NCBI GenBank assembly: GCA_947478395.1
Contig: CANJVR010000001.1
Coordinates: forward strand, 768,001 to 832,000
DNA: 64,000 bases
Reading direction: 5' to 3'
DNA from: Opitutia bacterium
GTDB taxonomy: Bacteria > Verrucomicrobiota > Verrucomicrobiia > Opitutales > Opitutaceae
A program made the translations under genes and the position numbers. This document shows positions 61,234 through 64,000 of this stretch, piece after piece (within the stretch, counting starts at the first letter, position 1; each line of letters opens with the position of its first letter). The notes beneath the pieces were generated by a model that had not been told where the DNA came from, ran no database searches, and worked only from the letters and a program-made list of their open reading frames with translations.

Positions 61234-61662
61234 GTGCCACTCGCCTTCAAACTTGCCCAGCTGGTCGACGACTTCGCGCCCATCGAGGACGCCCACGAAC
61301 GCCTGGCCTTCGCCGTCGACCGCTCCCGAAGCCAGCCGCCGCGGCCCGCAATTCACACCGACGACAAGCGCGTCCTCGGCTGCATTTCCACGGTGTGGCT
61401 GGCCGCAGAGCTGCGCGATGGCCTTCTTTATTTCCAGGCGGACGCCGACTCCCCGCTCGTCCGAGGTCTCGCACTGCTTCTGACCGAATTCTTCAGCGAA
61501 ACGACTCCCGCCGAAGTTTCCGCCAGCGACGCTGATCCCCTCGCCGCGCTAAGTCTCACCGCGAACCTTTCTCCGACCCGTCAAAACGGCCTCGCCGCTG
61601 TGCGAGCGCAAATCCGCGCTCTAGCGAAGCAGCACCTCGAGGTTAAAAAATCTCCGCCCTAA
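61234..61662 (+). CDS. sufE: SufE family sulfur acceptor
   Basis: VLGCISTVWL, ADADSPLVRGL, LSPTRQNGL. Confidence 0.88.
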   Translation: MPLAFKLAQLVDDFAPIEDAHERLAFAVDRSRSQPPRPAIHTDDKRVLGCISTVWLAAELRDGLLYFQADADSPLVRGLALLLTEFFSETTPAEVSASDADPLAALSLTANLSPTRQNGLAAVRAQIRALAKQHLEVKKSPP

Positions 61663-61746
61663 TGGCGCCCGGCGCCTGCACGTGGGCCGCCCAAATTCTA
61701 ACGCCGGCCGGCCGCCCGGGGAAAATCCAGCGCCTTTAAGCCCCGC

Positions 61747-62622
61747 ATGATGAATTTATCGGACGCCCACAACCACCTCGCCTCCAGCCGACTCGCTCCG
61801 CACCTGCCGCAAATTTTTGCCGATCTTGCTGCCGCCGGCATCACGCACGCGGTTGTCAATGGCACCGACGAAACCGATTGGCTCGAGGTCGCGCGTCTCG
61901 CGGCCACGCGTTCGATGGTTATCCCGAGTTACGGTTTGCATCCTTGGGATGTAGGCAACCGTTCACCCGCGTGGTTCGATTCGCTGCGGCAACATCTCGT
62001 CGCGGACCCTCGCGCTGCGGTCGGTGAAATTGGGCTCGACCGGTGGATGCTCGATCGCGCGCGCAGCGACGACCCGCGCCTCGCGGGCCTCCGTCGCGCT
62101 CCGCTCGACGAACAGCTTTCCACCTTCACCACCCAACTCGCGCTGGCCACCGAACTACACCGGCCGGTTACCGTCCACTGCATCGATGCATTCGGTCTTC
62201 TGCTCGAAACCCTTCAAGCCGCCCAGCGCGAGCAACGCCTTCCCCCGCGGTTTCTGCTCCACGCCTACAGCGGCGCCGGTGAACTCGTGAAACCGTTTGC
62301 CGACCTCGGCGCTTATTTCTCCTTTAACGCGGCCTACCTCGCACCACGTCACGTCCGCCTGCGGGAAGTATTCCAGCTCGTGCCGCGCGATCGCCTCCTC
62401 GTCGAAACCGACGCACCCGCGATGCAGGCGCCGACGGCCTACGCACCCTTTTCACTGCCAGCCGGCCCTGACGGTCTCCGCCCCAATCATCCGGCCAACC
62501 TCGCCGCCGCCTATGCCGGACTCGCCGAGCTCAGACAGGAACCGCTCGAAATCCTTGCCTCCAACATCGCAGAAAATTTCCGGCGGTTGTTCGAAGCGAA
62601 ATCGACGGAGGCCAGCCCATAA
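61747..62622 (+). CDS. tatD: TatD family hydrolase
   Basis: DAHNHL, GLHPW, VGEIGLD, HAYSG, LVETDAP. Confidence 0.92.
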   Translation: MMNLSDAHNHLASSRLAPHLPQIFADLAAAGITHAVVNGTDETDWLEVARLAATRSMVIPSYGLHPWDVGNRSPAWFDSLRQHLVADPRAAVGEIGLDRWMLDRARSDDPRLAGLRRAPLDEQLSTFTTQLALATELHRPVTVHCIDAFGLLLETLQAAQREQRLPPRFLLHAYSGAGELVKPFADLGAYFSFNAAYLAPRHVRLREVFQLVPRDRLLVETDAPAMQAPTAYAPFSLPAGPDGLRPNHPANLAAAYAGLAELRQEPLEILASNIAENFRRLFEAKSTEASP

Positions 62623-62749
62623 AGACCGACCAGGAAAACGGTTAAATTTACCGAAAACGACAGCAGCAAGCGCATCCCGGCACCGCTCGTGTTTACGCGG
62701 CGAAAAAGCGGCGGAAGCGGACGGAATGATTCCCACCTTCACTGATTCA

Positions 62750-62823
62750 GAAAAACAAAACCCGAGGAGTATAATCCTCAAGTTACGGCACGCGGCTCAC
62801 GACTCGGAAAGAGCCGCCAGCGA
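62750..62823 (-). repeat. Copy 3 (degenerate) of the glutamine synthetase 3' structured element
   Basis: AAAACCCGAGGA..ATCCTC and GCTCACGACTCGGAAAGAGCCGC match copy 1. Confidence 0.7.
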
Positions 62824-62937
62824 GCTCCAACTTGATCTAGTGTGGCCGTAGCTACGGTACAACCACCGTTCCGCTCGTTTTTGCCCCGGTGAAACGGCGG
62901 CGGCGGAAGCAGAACTAGCGCCGCCTCCCCTGACTCA

Positions 62938-63042
62938 GGAAAACGAAAAAACCGAGGACGTTGAATCCTCGGTTTTCGAAACGTCGCCCACAGCTCGAAA
63001 ACGAGCCGCGGGCGACGGTGGGCAGTTAAAAGTTAACTGTTA
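62938..63042 (-). repeat. Copy 2 of the glutamine synthetase 3' structured element/terminator
   Basis: About 10 differences from 63454-63557 by manual alignment. Confidence 0.92.
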
Positions 63043-63050
63043 CAGAACAA

Positions 63051-63230
63051 TCAGCGGCTATCGCCATCGTGATCCACATCGCCCGCTGGGACGGCTGGAG
63101 CCGCGGCAGGGGCGGCGGAAGCAGCTTTCGCGGCTTGTTTAGCGGCGATTTGCGCGGCTAGTCTTTCTTGGTAAATAGAGGCGGCATCGCTGCCAGAAGA
63201 AGAACCGTAGCTGCTGATGGAGGAGGACAT
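63051..63230 (-). CDS. Unannotated 59-aa Ser/Ala-rich small protein with C-terminal DxDxDG motif
   Basis: MSSSISSYGSSSGSDAASIYQERLAAQIAAKQAAKAASAAPAAAPAVPAGDVDHDGDSR*; own promoter candidate upstream and terminator copy downstream. Confidence 0.75.
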   Translation of the reverse strand: MSSSISSYGSSSGSDAASIYQERLAAQIAAKQAAKAASAAPAAAPAVPAGDVDHDGDSR

Positions 63231-63302
63231 TTTATTTTGTCTTTAAGGAACTGCTGGGAGCTATTGGCGGTTAACACCGGCATGAAAGCTCCTGTTACCT
63301 AC

Positions 63303-63329
63303 CTAACGGTTAATTATGAATTTACTTAA
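63303..63329 (-). promoter_or_regulatory. Sigma28 (FliA)-like promoter
   Basis: TTAAGTAA-N11-ACCGTTAG versus consensus TAAAGTTT-N11-GCCGATAA. Confidence 0.5.
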
Positions 63330-63453
63330 GGCATAGCTCTTGGCTGAGGCATAATAGTTTGCGAGGTGCCACCCTAGGAACGCGGGGCATGCACCCTGCC
63401 GCAGATAAATGCCGATGGAGAAACCGGAGCTAGCGTCGCCTGCGCTCTCATTC

Positions 63454-63557
63454 GGAAAACGAAAAAACCGAGGACGTTAAATCCTCGGTTTTCGGAACGC
63501 CGCTCATGACTCGGAAAGAGCCGCGAGCGACGGTGGGCAGTTAAAAGTTAACTGTTA
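63454..63557 (-). terminator. Glutamine synthetase 3' structured element with intrinsic terminator (copy 1)
   Basis: Three hairpins on the minus strand; the last (CCGAGGA/TCCTCGG) is followed by TTTTTTCGTTTT. Confidence 0.85.
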
Positions 63558-63565
63558 TAGGAATC

Positions 63566-64000
63566 TTACTTCGTCGGGACGGACTGGATCGTTTTTACGA
63601 TGCGACCGGCCACGAGGTACGGATCGGCCGCGGAGTTCGGACGACGGTCCTCGAGGTAGCCCTTATAGCCGGCGTTGACGAAGCTGTGCGGCATACGGAC
63701 CGACGCGCCGCGGTCGGCGAGACCGTAGCTGAACTTGTCGATCGACTGGGTCTCGTGAAGGCCAGTGAGGCGGAGGTGATTCTCCGGGCCGTAAACGGCG
63801 ATGTGCTCGTCGCGGTATTTGTTGAAGGCTGCCATGAGTTTCTCGAAGTAGGCCTTGCCGCCTTTTTCGCGCAGGAACTTCGTCGAGAAGTTCGCATGCA
63901 TACCGGAGCCGTTCCAGTCGAGCGGCTGGTTGAACGGTGCGAGGATGGGCTTACAGCGCCATTCGATATCGATGCAATAGGCCTCGGCCAGACGAGCGAG
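63566..64000 (-). CDS. glnA: Glutamine synthetase type II (GlnII-like), 3' part
   Basis: DWNGSGMHANFST, RLTGLHETQSI, DRGASVRMP, GYLEDRRPNSAADPY. Confidence 0.93.
   Translation of the reverse strand, partial: LARLAEAYCIDIEWRCKPILAPFNQPLDWNGSGMHANFSTKFLREKGGKAYFEKLMAAFNKYRDEHIAVYGPENHLRLTGLHETQSIDKFSYGLADRGASVRMPHSFVNAGYKGYLEDRRPNSAADPYLVAGRIVKTIQSVPTK

Overview
GC-rich bacterial chromosomal window made mostly of core genes. Gene content and style suggest Verrucomicrobiota (Opitutaceae-like), which is an inference. In order: rhamnogalacturonan-degradation genes (PL11, CE12, GH105); ribB fused to a degenerate GTP cyclohydrolase II domain; rarA; comEC; a frameshifted EEP-family gene; ThyX-like gene; nuoB-N operon without nuoA; tRNA-Ser(GGA); ORF6N protein; three GH29 fucosidases; sufU-sufS; chrA; LacI/isomerase/Gfo-Idh-MocA; msrB; xseA; two GT2 genes; def; PduO with a DUF6580-like gene; PIN-PhoH; LysR; Rrf2; sulfate assimilation (cysHDN and cobA-cbiX-like-cysI); amn; sufE; tatD; and the 3' end of a type II glutamine synthetase. 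No CRISPR, integrase or transposase was seen. The most unusual signals are non-coding or unannotated. (1) Most nuo gene junctions hold 70-115 bp tandem-repeat palindromes of several families. (2) The structured 3' region of the glutamine synthetase gene is triplicated and brackets an unannotated 59-aa DxDxDG peptide gene with a sigma28-like promoter. (3) A decayed copy of the sufU promoter and 5' end flanks the fucosidase cassette. (4) An orphan minus-strand sRNA candidate lies after cysI.
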